64,000 nucleotides of DNA. Origin: Octopus sinensis (lineage: Eukaryota). Every line of letters starts with the position of its first letter. Position 1 is the first letter of the stretch. Below are positions 28,702-42,428 of the stretch, one piece after another. The DNA lies in assembly GCF_006345805.1 (NCBI RefSeq), contig NC_043010.1:64914001-64978000 (forward strand), read 5' to 3'. Position numbers and translations under genes: made by a program. The notes under the pieces were generated by a model. The model searched no databases. It was not told the DNA's origin and saw only the letters and a list, made by a program, of their open reading frames with translations.

Positions 28702-29290
28702 ACGGAGATGTACCCGCATAGCAAGTGACCTGATCTGAGATCGTGCGCTGGAACGAAAACAATTGCAGTATGGAAAGTGTTTATAAGCCATTTAAAACAC
28801 ACAAAACCCGTTAGAGTCACTTCAAAATTTAAATTTAATTTGCCAAAATACTTTTGTCGCTTTGATACCGCAACCTGTCTCAAATATATTTTACCTAAAC
28901 CGTCAACCAATAGTTATACATTTAAGCAATATTATGAAATAATGAATACAAATGACTGATATTTCGCCATATGTACCAACGACTAAACGATGCTTTCTTT
29001 ATGTTAGGCATTTCTTCTACGTTTGGCTTGTCACGATTCATAAGACAAATGAACTAATGTTTTATTTAATATAGAGTATTATCATAATGTCACATGTGAT
29101 GACCAAGATATTACACCGTGACCCCACACAATGCGCTCGCAACCAGTTTTAATCGAGCTATGAACTGCGGTTCAGCAAAACAACTCATAAATAGAAAAGG
29201 TTTTATGAAAATAAAATTGCTGCGTTCGATTCGTTTGGGTACATTTCCTCAAAGGGGTGCTCCAATATGGCCGCAGTTGAATGACTGATA

Positions 29291-29342
<52 letters not shown>

Positions 29343-29614
29343 ATATCACGAAAAGGCTGGATATGTAACACAGCCACAACTTTGTCATGGGGCTAAAACC
29401 TTTAGTTTAGGCTGTGAATAAAAGAAAATGTGGCATTCATACTTTTACTAAGAGTATTGGATTCAAATTCTCTTTCCAGCTGGTGAAGACATGTATTCAC
29501 CTCTTCAGACAGTGTCTCTATAATACTCTATCATACCCCTCAATGGTGTACCACACATCTCCTGCCACTGCTAATTAAGTCTTCTAAATCACGGATTTTC
29601 CGAAGACGGTGGGT

Positions 29615-29850
29615 CGATTACATCGACCCCAGTGTTCAACTGGTAGCTATTTAATCGTCCTCCAAAGAATGAAAGAAAAAGTCAACCCCAGCGTCATTTG
29701 AACTCAGAAGGTGTAATTGTGCAGAAAAACCGCTAAGTACTATTACCAGCGAGAAAAAATCAAAGTCGACCTCAGCGACAATTTGAACTCGGAATGTGAA
29801 GACGGAAGAAATTCCGCTAAGGACTTTTGCCGGTCGTCCTAATGATTCCG
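29615..29850 (-). mobile_element. SINE fragments (family of 50880-51100)
   Basis: gtcgattacatcgaccccagtg...gaatgaaag...aaagtcgacctcagcg. Confidence 0.65.
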
Positions 29851-29989
29851 CTTGCTTTGTTACGACGGTAAATGAGATATCTTAGTGAGAAGTAAATATA
29901 TAGTGTTTAGATTAGAGCATTCGATTTTCAACATAATTGAAGGATCCATAGCTCGATTAATTAGGAATAAAATGAACATAAACAAGATT

Positions 29990-31357
29990 TATATTGGTTT
30001 CAATCGAGCGACAAGTACTACTGATCTTCTCTTTATTATGCAGCTAATGCAAAGAAGTATTTAGTAAAATGTAAAATCCTCTACTTTGCATTTGTCACTC
30101 TAAAGAAAGATTTCGGCAGGGATTCCATTCCTTGATGTCGTGGTAGTAGCGGCCGCTTGTAAACAAATGGCTGTTGAGTGTCGTTCAAGACATGTACAAA
30201 TATTTTTTCAGTAAGATGTGAGTTAACGAACACAATAATGAATTTACTTTGGAGGTAGATGTCGCCATGACTCGGTCCTCAGCCTTTTTCTATTTACGAA
30301 TGCTACATGTTTTTTAAACTTGGATCATAAAATGTAGAGTGAAAGGAAGCTCACATACTCTGCTGGATGAGCAAAGCTGGTTTGCTTGTACGACCAAAAA
30401 TATGTCTTGAGAGAAAAATTAGGCATAAGAAGCATTAATGCACAGCAGAGAAGATGAATGGTAATGACATAGGACACGGATGAGTGAAAACAGCCGTATA
30501 AAGACGTGGTAAATCCTAAAGTTATAAAGCTTTTGGAAGACGACTCAGGAATATGTGGGATGAAGAAGTGAAGAGTGACTTCAAAATTTTGAACCTTACG
30601 GAGAAGATAAGAAACGAACGAGATTAATGGTGATGTGAAGTGCTTGAAGACCACTGCCCATCAAAGCAAAAATTAGATCCTGTCATGCCTTACTACACGG
30701 TTCATCTAACGGTCATCTTTCTGTCTATCTTGCTACTGTGGTACTACTCGCTCAGGAGATGTGATATCATTTATCCCCTATTTGTCATATTGTATGGCTA
30801 CGGCGGTTCCTTACAAATGCCTCCTCCTCATCCCGTACCTTCTATCACCCCTCCTCCTCCTTTTAACCTATTTCACTTCACCTCCAGCAAACTGATATTC
30901 ATATCAAATTCCTTCTTTAAACATCTCTGAAACTGTTGACACACAAAAGTGCAGTTAACTAAATCGCACCTTGTATAATGAAGGTACGCCCTCAACATTA
31001 CTCTCTCTCTCTCTCTCTCTCTCTCTCCAGCTGGTGGAGCCATGCAATCACATCTTCAGCAAGATACCTATTCCTGTCTCTCTACCATACTTTTATATGC
31101 CTCAATACCGTACCCCATTTTGCTGAAGGTTCTTGCCTTGGAAAACTTGGTGACATCACTAGTGCTGGTGCAACGACAAAATCGCTCAGTACACACTGTA
31201 AAGTGTTTCATGTTAATAAGAGCATCCAGCTACAGAAACCCTGCCAAAGCAGACACAATAGCTTGGCGCAGCCCTCTGCTCTCGTTGGGACACTAAGAAC
31301 CGCACACCGGCTACCAACATACAGAACGGATGTCAAATGGTGATGATGATGATGATA
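29990..31357 (+). mobile_element. Decayed RTE-like LINE 3' part and tail ending in (GAT)n
   Basis: Degenerate QGSVLSP-like segment near 30260; tail gctggtgcaacg...cagtacacactgtaaagtg...gcatccagctacagaaacc...gatgatgatgat. Confidence 0.45.
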
Positions 31358-31477
31358 CCTAGTCTCATTGAAATGAAGTTTTTAACATGGATGTTATAGC
31401 CTACCCGTTAGTTCAATCGATTTCTGTATGTCTTCTTCAAGTCTTCTCATCTACCTTATATCTATGATGTACATATA

Positions 31478-32654
31478 CAGAGGTTGGACAAAATAATGCA
31501 AACGCCAACTATTATAGCATCAAAATTTTGAAATATCTATAAAAACCATCAAAAATTTATTTTTATATATTTTCTGATTTATTATTGTCGCATAATATGT
31601 CTTGCTAAAATTGCTGTTTCTTTTCAGTTACCATTAGAAAAAGGTAATCAAAATTCATTAATATAACAGTTCTATTGGACTTTCAAAGAGGTCGAATTGT
31701 TGGTGCTCATATGACAGGTGCTAGCAAAACAAAAACAGCTGAAATGTTTAGTTTATGAAGAAATACTATTCTGAAAGTAATGCAGCCTTTGAGAAAGTGG
31801 GAAAAACCTCCTCTTCGAAATAAAACTCCGGAAGAGAACCAAAACGTTCAGATACGCGATTTGTTAGAATTGATCACAAAAGTACAGTTCCCAAAATTAC
31901 TGCAGAGTTCAATGACCATATTGGGAACCCTGTTTCCACAAAAAACTGTTTGCAGGGAGCTGCACAAAGCCGGATTTCACGTGAGGGCTACAATCAGAAA
32001 ACGACTACTTTCAAAATCAAACGTCGCAAAGCGTTTAGAGTGGAGTAAAAAACTACAGAATTGGTCCTTAGAGCACCCTTTCCCTTACTTCCGACCACCG
32101 GTCGAGTATACGTCTGGAGAGAGCCAAAAGGAGCAAGAACCATTTGACCCAGACTGCTTTCTTCAAACTGTTAAACATGGAGGAATATGTGGCAGAATTA
32201 ATAGTAAAGGCTATTTAACCATTTTATCTGATCAAATTCCTTATATGGTTGCAGAAAAGTTTCCTGAGGGAAACGCAATCTTTCAGGATGATAATGCACC
32301 AATTCACACAGCTAAAGTTGTTTTTGAATGGCAGGAAAAACATTCTAGTGATGTTGAAAAATTCATCGGGTCACCACAGTCCCCAGATCTCAATATTATT
32401 GAGCATTTATTGTGCATTTTATTGAAACATGTAAAGAGCCGATACCCTACACCATATCAATATCATCACTACAAGAAATGGAGATTGTTTTAGCTGAAGA
32501 ATGGACAAAACTTCCTTTGGAAACAATTCAAACTTTGTACGAGTCCATACCCCGTAGACTTGAAGGTGTAATTACTACCAAAGGCGGTCCTACCCCATAT
32601 TAAGATAATTTGTTTAAAATTTCAAGATGTTTCCATTATTTTGTTCAACCCCTG
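31478..32654 (+). mobile_element. Tc1-like DNA transposon with both TIRs and decayed transposase
   Basis: TA|cagaggttggacaaaataatg ... cattattttgttcaacccctg|TA; FQRGRIVG, IFQDDNAPIHTA and PQSPDLNIIEHL motifs; frameshifts. Confidence 0.9.
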
Positions 32655-32675
32655 TATTTATGTATACACACACAC

Positions 32676-32710
<35 letters not shown>

Positions 32711-32717
<7 letters not shown>

Positions 32718-32810
32718 AACAAGTCAAAAATAGAAAATGCTAAGATGATTTTATAGTGAATCACTATAAAATCATCTTAGCATTTTCTATTTTTGACTTG
32801 TTTTTTCATA
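32711..32810. repeat. Near-perfect 100-bp palindrome (arms of about 49 bp, 1-nt loop)
   Basis: 32711-32759 is the reverse complement of 32761-32810 apart from one extra T. Confidence 0.9.
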
Positions 32811-32841
32811 TATATCAACTCGTGTGTTCCTTTCCACCCTT

Positions 32842-32896
<55 letters not shown>

Positions 32897-33228
32897 TGTG
32901 TTACATAATTATGTGTGTATATACATATATAAATACATGTATTTACACACACACACACATATAAATATATATACGTAAATACATATATATGTATATGTAT
33001 AAATACATACACATACATCCATACATATATACAACATAAATAGAAACGCATGCATCCAACATATCTCAATATGAATTCACGAAGCATTTAATGAATCTAA
33101 GTTTGGAAAATATATTGGTTATAAACCTGTATAGTTCTCATCATGAAATAAACGGAAACATAAAGTAAGAATCAGATGCAGAGATTTAAACATAATTTTA
33201 TGAAATGTATCATAGTTTCATATCATAC

Positions 33229-33363
33229 TTTGTTGACAATTGTAGCCTTTATATCCAGCAGAACATTCTTTTGGGCATTTTCCAGTTTTTCTGTTGCAGT
33301 TTTCGTCGTCGATACAATGACATGTCCCTCCACAATTTCTACCAAATCTACCAACTTCACATT
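33229..33363 (-). CDS. EGF exon type B (ECEVGRFGRNCGGTCHCIDDENCNRKTGKCPKECSAGYKGYNCQQ)
   Basis: ttttcag|AA ... CAAA|gtatga, 135 nt. Confidence 0.88.
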
Positions 33364-33625
33364 CTGAAAATATTAATATAAAACACAATAGGTTAGATAT
33401 TATTAGCTCCACACAATAAAAGTTATGGCTGTAAGAGCTCTCATCTACAAATATATGTGAGATATCAATGACATGCTTTTTATTTTCTTGCCTTAAAGCA
33501 TAACTTATGAGTTAACATTGAAGTAGTCTTTGATGATAAATAAGAAAGTTGATTTACGCTAAGAAACACTAAACACTAACACTAAAGAATTTTAAAATGT
33601 TGGAATAAAAAGTATTGGAAATAAC

Positions 33626-33754
33626 CTTCTTGGCAGTTGTATCCGGTGTATCCTGCTTCACACACTCCTGAACACGATCCATTTATGTGGTTACATGTTG
33701 CGTTACAATGACAGGACTTTGTGCATTCGGGACCAAATTTACCATTGTGACATT
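33626..33754 (-). CDS. EGF exon type A (ECHNGKFGPECTKSCHCNATCNHINGSCSGVCEAGYTGYNCQE)
   Basis: tctcag|AA ... GAAG|gttatt, 129 nt. Confidence 0.88.
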
Positions 33755-34340
33755 CTGAGATAAAAAAAAACATTAGCCATGAATTGCTATTATAAGAGTT
33801 TTATGATATAGTATGGATGACTTAATATGCTAGATATTGTTATTTGTTTTAGCATTACAGACACGAGATAGAAATGTGTATATACTTGATTCTTCATTGT
33901 ATTTCAACGTGGATCAATGAAATATCACTATAGATAATAAGATGAAAGTATTCGGGTAAAATCAAATCCGATGAAATATCAAATATAGATAATTATAAAG
34001 AATCACGAGCAGCCAAACGACTTCCTTCACCATCTTTTGCATACGTCCTCTCCCTATAACAGAAATTGTGTTTAATGGCGATAGAGTTATCAATGAATGA
34101 AAGTTTGGTAAGAAGCTTGCTTCCCAACCATATGGATCCGGGTTGGGACACCTAGAATCGCACAACGGCCTAACAACATACAGAACGGATGTACACTGGT
34201 GATGATGATTGTTAATGATACCTAATCTCATTGAAATTACGTTTTTAACATGGATATTATAGCCTATCCTTTAGTTCAATCGATTTCTGTATGTCTTCTT
34301 CAAGTCTTCTCATCTACCTTATATCTATGATGAATATATA

Positions 34341-35549
34341 CAGAGGTTGGACAAAATAATGGAAACGCCTACTATTATAGCATCAAAATTTTGAAATATC
34401 TATAAAAACCATAAAAAAATTATTTTTATATATTTTCTGATTTATTATTATTGTCGCGTAATATGTTTTGCTAAAATTGCTGTTTCTTTTCAGTTACCAT
34501 TAGAAAAAGGTAATTAAAATCCATTAAAATAACACATCTATTGGACTTTCAAAGAGGTCGAATTGTTGGTGCTCATATGACAGGTGCTAGCATAACAAAA
34601 ACAGCCGAAATGTTTGGTTTATCAAGAAGTACTGTCCTGAAAGTAATGCAGCCTTTGAGAAAGTGGGAAAAACCTCCTCTTCGAAACAAAACTCCGGAAG
34701 AGAACCAAAACTTTCAGATAGGGACTCCTACGCGAATTGTTAGAATGGATCACAAAAGTACAGTTCCCAAAACTCTTGCAGAGCTGAAGAACTACATTGG
34801 GAATCCTGTTTCCACAAAAACTGTTTCCCGAGAGCTGCACAAAGCCAGATTTTACGGGAGTGCTTATTCAGAAAACCACTACTTTGAAAATCAAACGTCG
34901 CAATTTTTTTAGGGTGGAGTAAAAAACAACAGAATTGGTCCTAGAGCATTCTTCACCCTATTTCCGACCACCGGTCGAGTTAACGTGTGGAGAGATCCAA
35001 AAGAAGCAAGAACCATTTGATCCAGACCGCCTTCTTCCAACTGTTGAATATGGAGCAAAATCTGTGATGATCTGGGTTAGGGATATATCTTGGAAATTCC
35101 CCGGCCTAATTGTTTCCCTTCATGGCAGAATTAATGGTAAAGGCTATTTAAGCATTTTATCTAATCAAATTCAACCTATGGTTGCGGAACTGTTTCCTGA
35201 GAGAAACGCAATCTTTCAGGATGATGATGCACCAATTCACACAGCTAAAGTTGTTACTGAATGGCAGGAATATCATTCTAGTGAAGTGAAGTTCATCGGG
35301 TCACCAGTGTCCACTGATCTCAATATTATTGAGCATTTATTGTGCATTTTATAAAAACAAGTAAAGATACGATATCCTCCACCATATCGATGTTATAATT
35401 ACAAGAAATGGAGATTGTTTTTGTTGAAGAATGGACAAAGATTCCTTTGGAAACAATTCAAAGTTTGTACGAGTCCATACCTTGTAGAATTGAAGGTGTA
35501 ATTACTGCCAAAGGCGGTCCTACCCCATATTAAGATAATTTGTTTAAAA
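34341..35549 (+). mobile_element. Duplicate of the Tc1-like element, right TIR lost
   Basis: Same left TIR and insertion flank as 31478; ends at tgtttaaaag. Confidence 0.88.
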
Positions 35550-35721
35550 GTTACATGTGTGTGTGAGCTATATATATGTGTGTATTACACTGATACGTAT
35601 GTATGTACATATTATATACATACACACATAGATATATATATATTTACATGTATATATATAGAGAGACATATATATATAAGCATAAATACATATATATATA
35701 TATATATATATATACATTTAT

Positions 35722-35801
<80 letters not shown>

Positions 35802-36076
35802 GTATGTATGTATATGCATAAATACATATACATGTATATGTACAAATACATATCCATACATATATACAGCATACATACAAGCGCATAGAACCCATATATC
35901 TCAATATATCTCGATATGAATTCACGAAGTATTTAATGAATGTAAGTTTGGAAAATAAACTGGTTAGTCTGCGTCTCCATTACCACGTTAATTAAATGAA
36001 AGAAAAGATAAAATAAGAATCAGATGCAGAGATTTAAACATAATTTTATGAAATATTTTATAGTTTCATATCACAC

Positions 36077-36210
36077 TTTGTTGACAAAAGTAGCCTCTAT
36101 ATCCAGCAAAACATCCATCTGAGCATTTCCAGTTATTCTGTCGCAGTTTTCGTCGTCGATACAATGACATGTCCTTCCACAATTCTTACCAAATCTACCA
36201 ACTTCACATT
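36077..36210 (-). pseudogene. EGF exon type B with 1-nt deletion (134 nt; frameshift)
   Basis: GGAAATGC here versus GGAAAATGC in paralog 33229-33363; adding one A restores KCSDGCFAGYRGYFCQQ; splice sites intact (ttttcag, gtgtga). Confidence 0.75.
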
Positions 36211-36471
36211 CTGAAAATATTAATACAAAACGCAATAGATTAGATATTATTAGCTCCACACAATAAAAGTTATGGCTGTAAGAGTTCTCTTCTACAAATA
36301 TATGTGAGACATCAATGATACGCTTTTTTATTATCTTATCTTAAAACATAACTTATGAGTTAACGTTGAAGTAGTCTTTGATGATAAATAAGAAAGTTGA
36401 TTTACGCTAAGAAACAATAAATCAAATGTAGAGAATTTTAAATTGTTGGAATAAAAAGTATTGGAAATAAC

Positions 36472-36600
36472 CTTCTTGGCAGTTGTACCCGGTGTATCCT
36501 GCATCACACTCACCTGGACATAATCCATTTATGTGGTTACATGTTTGGGAACAATGACAGGACTTTGCGCAATTGCGACCAAATTTATCGCTGAGACATT
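36472..36600 (-). CDS. EGF exon type A (ECLSDKFGRNCAKSCHCSQTCNHINGLCPGECDAGYTGYNCQE)
   Basis: tttcag|AA ... GAAG|gttatt, 129 nt, 8 Cys. Confidence 0.88.
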
Positions 36601-36949
36601 CTGAAATAATAAAAACAATGTTAGCCATAAATTGCTATTATAAGAGTTTTATGACATAGTATAGATGACTTAATATGCTAGATATTGTTATTTCTTTTAG
36701 CATTACAGACACTAGATAGAGATGAGTATATACTTGATTCCTCATTGTATTTCAACGTGGATCAATGAAATGTAACCACAGAGAATAAGATGAAAGTATT
36801 CGCGTAAAATAAAATTCGATGAAATATCAAATATAGATAATTATAGAGAATCACGAGCAGACAAAGGACTTCCTTCAGCAACTTTTGCATACGTCGTCTC
36901 CCTATATCAGAAATGGTGTTCAATGGTGATAGAGATATTAATGAATGAA

Positions 36950-37068
36950 AGTTTGGTAAGAAGCTTGCTTTCCAGCCATATGGATCCGGTTTCAATCCCA
37001 CTGCATGGCACATTGTGCATGTCTTCTATTATAGCGTCGGGTTGACCAACGCCTTGTTGGTGGATTTG

Positions 37069-37070
<2 letters not shown>
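36950..37070 (-). mobile_element. OK/OR-type SINE fragment
   Basis: ccatatggatccggtttcaatcccactgcatggcac...ttgttggtggatttggta resembles 4530-4630 (orientation assignment tentative). Confidence 0.5.
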
Positions 37071-37130
<60 letters not shown>

Positions 37131-37131
37131 G

Positions 37132-37170
<39 letters not shown>

Positions 37171-37329
37171 TCATACATATACATATTTATTTATACATAT
37201 AGATATATATAAAATAAGTAATCCGAATGACCCATCCTTGTTTTCTTTGTATCGTCTATATGAATTTTTTGTTCTCCCTTTTTTGTATCACCTGACTGTC
37301 TGGATGTTTTGCGTTCTTGTCCCATTTTG

Positions 37330-37360
<31 letters not shown>

Positions 37361-37539
37361 GCGCCGTACGCACTCTTTAGTCTCCTTTATGTAAGTATAC
37401 AGTTTTCTAAATCTTGCACGACTCTATTTCTGTCTATCAGCCCTTTTACGCTTATTTGTTCATTCCACTCTTCGTTCTTTCGTTCCCCCTCTCTCACATT
37501 TCTTTGCCTTCTCTCCTTGCTCATTTCCCTCCACTTTTC

Positions 37540-38905
37540 ACTTCACTCTGTCCTAGTTGAGTGATACCCAGCATGGCTTTCGATCAGGTAGGAGCTGCCT
37601 GACCCAGCCAGCTCTTACAGCCTTATGACTGGGTGTTGAAGCAGTTACTCGACAAATCAAATGTGGATGTAATATACCCTGATTTTGCAAAAGCGTTTGA
37701 CAAAGTGGATCATGGTATGATATGCAGCAGACTGCGTGATCTCGGCATAGCTGGAAAACTTGCAGAATAGTTACAGGACTTTCTGAAATATAGAACTCAG
37801 AACGTTGTGGCTCATGGAGCCACCTCTATGAAAAACAAACACTGAGTGGTGTTCCATAGGGCACTGTCTTGGGACCACTGCTTTCTATAGTGGCATTCTC
37901 AAATATGCCCTAATATGTCCGGATAGTCACCCTTGCAAGATACGCAAACGATACACAAGTCTCGCAGAAAATACAGAACCACAGCGATGTTGCACATCTG
38001 CAGCAGATGTTGGACTCAATATACAGATGGACTGACAATAATAATATGCGGTTTAATGCTGAAACTTTCCAAACCCTGCGCTACCCGCGTCGAAAACTGA
38101 ATATAAAACTTATAGGTTACACTGGTCCACAACAAATTTCAATCCTAGAGCCTAAATCAGTGAGGGACCTGGGGATCAACATGAGTGATGATATCTCTTT
38201 CCAATTGCACGTTTCCAGGATGGAAACAAAGTGCAGACGACTGGCTGGATGGATCCTGAGAACATTCAGAATCAGAGATAAGGAACGATGTTGGTTCTCT
38301 GGAGGACATTCGTCCTCAGCCACCTGGATTACTGCTCCCAGCAGTATGAAATTACCAGTATGAAATTATCAGCGGACCTTAGAGCAATCCAGAAAATTCA
38401 GAAAGAAGATCGTCTTTTTGCAACTGATCAGCTACTGGGAAAGGCTGAAACAGATAAGATTCTACTTCTAGTAGAGCAGGCGGGAGCCTTATGCAGTAAT
38501 ATACATCTGGAAAGATCCTGGAAAGAATTGGCCAAATGTTGGCATTGAAAGCTACACCAATGCCAACGACACTGCATAGTGCCAAAGATCCCAGCAACAC
38601 CATCGCGCTTCAGGACCAGTTACTGCAACAGCCTGGGGTTCAGGGGCCCACAGCATTTTAATATTCTCCCAAAGAGCCTGAGGAACCTGTACAATGTAGA
38701 TGTAGGCGTTTTTAATTCAAAGCTGGTCTTCTTCCTGTCAAGATTCCTAGATGAACCTACCTCACAGCAAAAGGGGCAAATGAAGGTAGCTACATCAAAC
38801 GCCATTCTTCACCAAGTGTCACATTTTGAAGGAGACTCTAGTAATAACAGTGTAGCAAAACAGCGGTGCATCAGCATGGCCGTAGCTCTGAGCTGAAACT
38901 ACAGA
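37540..38905 (+). mobile_element. 5'-truncated decayed CR1/L2-like LINE
   Basis: DVIYPDFAKAFDKVDHG, GTVLGPLL, YANDT, VRDLGI...GWILRTF; tail ccagcatggccgtagc..gctgaaac shared with SINE tails. Confidence 0.85.
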
Positions 38906-38908
38906 AAA

Positions 38909-38994
<86 letters not shown>

Positions 38995-40733
38995 TTATAT
39001 AGAACTATGTGGAGGCGCGTGACTTAGTGCTTAAGGCGTTGTGTTCTTGAGCAAAACATGGGAAAACATTGTCGTCGGAAGAGATAGATTTTGTTGGGTT
39101 TGAGTGTCAGAAAGTTTTCATATTTGACAATTGCGCACTGAGATGGTAAAACTGATGACATAGGTAATGAGACTTTGGTGGAGTTGTGTTGAGTGGGTGG
39201 AGAGCAGAAATTAAAATTGAATGAATAAAGTATGTTGAGCCTCTGCGTGACAGTGCTTATAACTAGGCTGCCTTGATTATGAATGGGTGAGTAGCGGTCT
39301 CTTAAAGCCTGGAGATTTTCTTTGAAAGAAGTTGTTGTGGTGAGTGACCTGCTCTAGAACAACTAGAAAATAGGCAGATAATGATATTCAGTAATCAGCA
39401 GGTTTGAGTAAGAAAAACAAAACAAAATATTCATCCCAGTTGTAGTTTATCCCTCAGAGTGGCCCTGTTGGAACGGATATATCATCAGAGGTATTACTCA
39501 TGTGGCCATCCAGTTTTTCTTTATATATTGTGTACCTAGTTTTATATTATCTAATTTATCCATTTGTTATTTCAGACAATAGTGTGTAGTGTAAGGGATG
39601 ATTCACTGCTATTTCTAGCGGATTATACAAACATTTAAATGTTTTCCGCTGGAACTGTTTATTTTTCAGCCAGAGCTGGCACTTATTCCTTCCTCGAAGT
39701 TAATTTTTCTGTATCTGTGGCGCCACTGCGTTCGGAACTGCTCCAAGTACACTAGGATTTGTTCAGCTATCTCGCATCCTGAATTGCTATGATTAGGTAG
39801 TGATCATTTGGTTTGATCGGTGACGACTAAGTTTTGGGTTTTTTGATGAAAAGACGGCTTCTGCTCCCATTTTATTAATTAGAAATATGTATGTATCCAG
39901 ATAATTAAAGTTAATTGTAAGATGAACATCCCGGTTTTTTGTTTTCCAGAAATACTCTATGTACTGTTACAACACACATTATTCCAGTCTCCTTTTAAGG
40001 AGGTGAGGTATACTTCTCTGATTATTTTGCTGGTATTTCCATCATGTCGAGGGACCACGTTTTGGTTCACGTTCAGTTTGGTGTTTGGAGCACAGATGTG
40101 ATGATGATTAGAGGAAACAAGACATTGGTCAATATATTCTAGCGGTAAACATTCATTAAAAGTAGAGCCTATAGCGTGTTTATTGCGACAATGCAAGTAG
40201 AAAATGGCTGTTTTACATAGTGCAGAGTTCTGATTTACTTTGGTCATCTTTAATTTCGGCATAACAAAGATTCTAGACAGTCTGCCTTTGCTGGGAATGT
40301 TAAGAACAATATATATTTGAAACTAAGAGTAAATTGTATATTTGTAAACTGAACAGAAAAACTGAGAAACAACAATTGAGACCGAAATGTTAAAATAAGG
40401 AAAGACACAGAAGAAGAGAAGAAAGATATTACAGGGAAAGCAATCTGTGCCATAAACAGTCGTAAGATTTCTAATATATTTCCGCATAAAAATTAATATC
40501 TCGGCGGTAATAGTAGAAAGTAATCGAGTTAATGAGACAGATTAAGTCCCATAGATTTTCCAAACAGAATATTAAATAATGATCATACCAGATCATATAA
40601 GGTTGATAATGTTAATATTCAAAGGTTATTGCGGATATGGATATTTCTAGAAACTGATATAAGAAAGATTTACAATGAAAACTAATAATCCCTCAGTAAT
40701 ATTATTGAGCAGGAGATTAAAAGTTTATCTAAC

Positions 40734-40877
40734 CTTTGCACTTCTGGGAACCATAGGGCACGTAATATCCTATGATGCAACCTTCCTCACAGCGTCCCGT
40801 GACTTCATCACATTTAGTGCCTTCACAGTGTTCGCAACGTTTCATACACATATCTCCATAGAATCCAGGAACACATT
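40734..40877 (-). CDS. Exon: 8-Cys EGF-like repeat (CVPGFYGDMCMKRCEHCEGTKCDEVTGRCEEGCIIGYYVPYGSQKCK)
   Basis: Acceptor ttattacag|AA, donor AAAG|gttaga, 144 nt. Confidence 0.88.
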
Positions 40878-41813
40878 CTGTAATAACAAAAATGATTGAA
40901 AAAGAAAATATCACGGTTGCTGTATGTATTTCATGAGCGTTAGCACCTAATATTCAGTTGTAATGATATTTTATAGAATGAATATGGTTTAAATTTTATT
41001 ATTAGTGGCATATCATCCGTCTTTACGTTCTGGGTTCAATTTCCGGCGAAGTCGATTTTTACATTTCAGGGTTGATAAGATAAGTACCAGTCAAGCACTT
41101 GGGTCGATGTAATCGACTTGACTCCTCCCACAAAAGTTTTAGGGCTTGAAAGAAGAAATAAGGAGTAATATTTTAGTAACCTCAAAAATGGACATAACTA
41201 TGCACAAGTCGAATGTTTGAAAACACATAATCTTAACGAATCGTGTAAAATGAAATAAGATGAGTGGATGAAAGTTGGCGAGAGTGTAATGGTATATAAA
41301 ATTATATATATTTAGTTTATAAAGTACACCATTGAAATATTTGTTATATGAATCTTAATTAGCTTTATCAACACTCCAGTCAACACCAATGGGAAGTTTT
41401 ATGGTCAACAGAATGACTTGGTTCATTGGATACAGAGTTCTTGACTGTAGGTAAGCAGTATGCAAGTATATTTGACAAGTGTTTGCTTAGCCTGTAATAG
41501 TGAATTGAAATTGTATCACTAAAGTGTTACTATTTAGGAAAACTGTGGCGGGGGAGGGACAAAGCGGTGGGGAAGCGAAAAGATTTCAAAACCGAACCAA
41601 CCGTCTAATGGTAATTAGTATGTTCATTTATGTTCGGAGTTCAAACCCCGCTCAATACATTTTACCTTTTAAACATTCAGGATCGATAACATAGTTATCA
41701 GTCCAGTATGGAAGTCAAGATAAACGGTTGTACTTTATCTCAAAATCGATAGCTCTGTAACATTCTCATAAATCAATATTTACCAAGTGAAATAACAAAT
41801 AAACATAACTTAC

Positions 41814-41996
41814 GTAACACTTCCACTTCACAAAGAGTAAGCATTCTCCGATCTCCATTTAACGATATCCTGACATAACTTGAATTGAGTGGATTTCCAC
41901 ATTTAATATGAATTACTTCTTTATTGTATTCATTATCGTAACTTTGGAAACAAAGTGATGATCCAACAGAAACTTTAAATCCTTTCAGCCTGTCAC
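41814..41996 (-). CDS. Exon: C-terminal part of F-type lectin domain (RDRLKGFKVSVG...C...IKCGNPLNSSYVRISL...LTLCEVEVL)
   Basis: Acceptor ttggttctag|GT, donor TTAC|gtaagt, 183 nt; RLxGF and LxLCEVEV motifs. Confidence 0.9.
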
Positions 41997-42124
41997 CTAG
42001 AACCAAAATATAAGAGTAAAATTGGAATCAGATGTTATTTATATTGAGAATAATTTGAAAAGAAAGATCATCAAGCGAAGAGTTTACCATTTTAATAATT
42101 TGTCTAATTAAATAATCGGTAACA

Positions 42125-42428
42125 CAATATGTACTGGCACTCCGCCGGTTACGGCTACGAGGGTTTCAGTTGATTTGATCAACGGAAGAGCCTGCTCGTG
42201 AAATTACCGTTCAAGTGGCTGAGTACTCCACAAACATCTGTACGCTTAACGTAGTTATTAGGGAGATTCAGCGTGACGCAGGGTGTAACGAGGCTGGCCC
42301 TTTGAAATACAGATACAACTCATTCTTTCAGCTGAAAGGACTTGGGGCAATGTGAAATTAGTCGCCGGGAATTGAACTCACGACTTTACGATCGTTAGCC
42401 GAATACCCTAACCACTAAGCCACACGCC
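42125..42428 (-). mobile_element. tRNA-derived SINE
   Basis: Reverse-complement head aggcgtgtggcttagtggttagggtattc...gtgagttcaattcccgg. Confidence 0.8.

Noticed and set aside
29482-29508. Minus-strand CUGAAGA followed by a 6-bp hairpin (hammerhead-like)
   Set aside because: No GAAA directly after the stem and no stem I/III support.
31780-32493. 237-aa ORF as an active transposase
   Set aside because: Frameshifted relative to the N-terminal HTH and interrupted; decayed Tc1.
39957-40262. 101-aa minus-strand ORF in the intron below exon 40734
   Set aside because: No recognisable motif, Cys pattern or convincing splice context.
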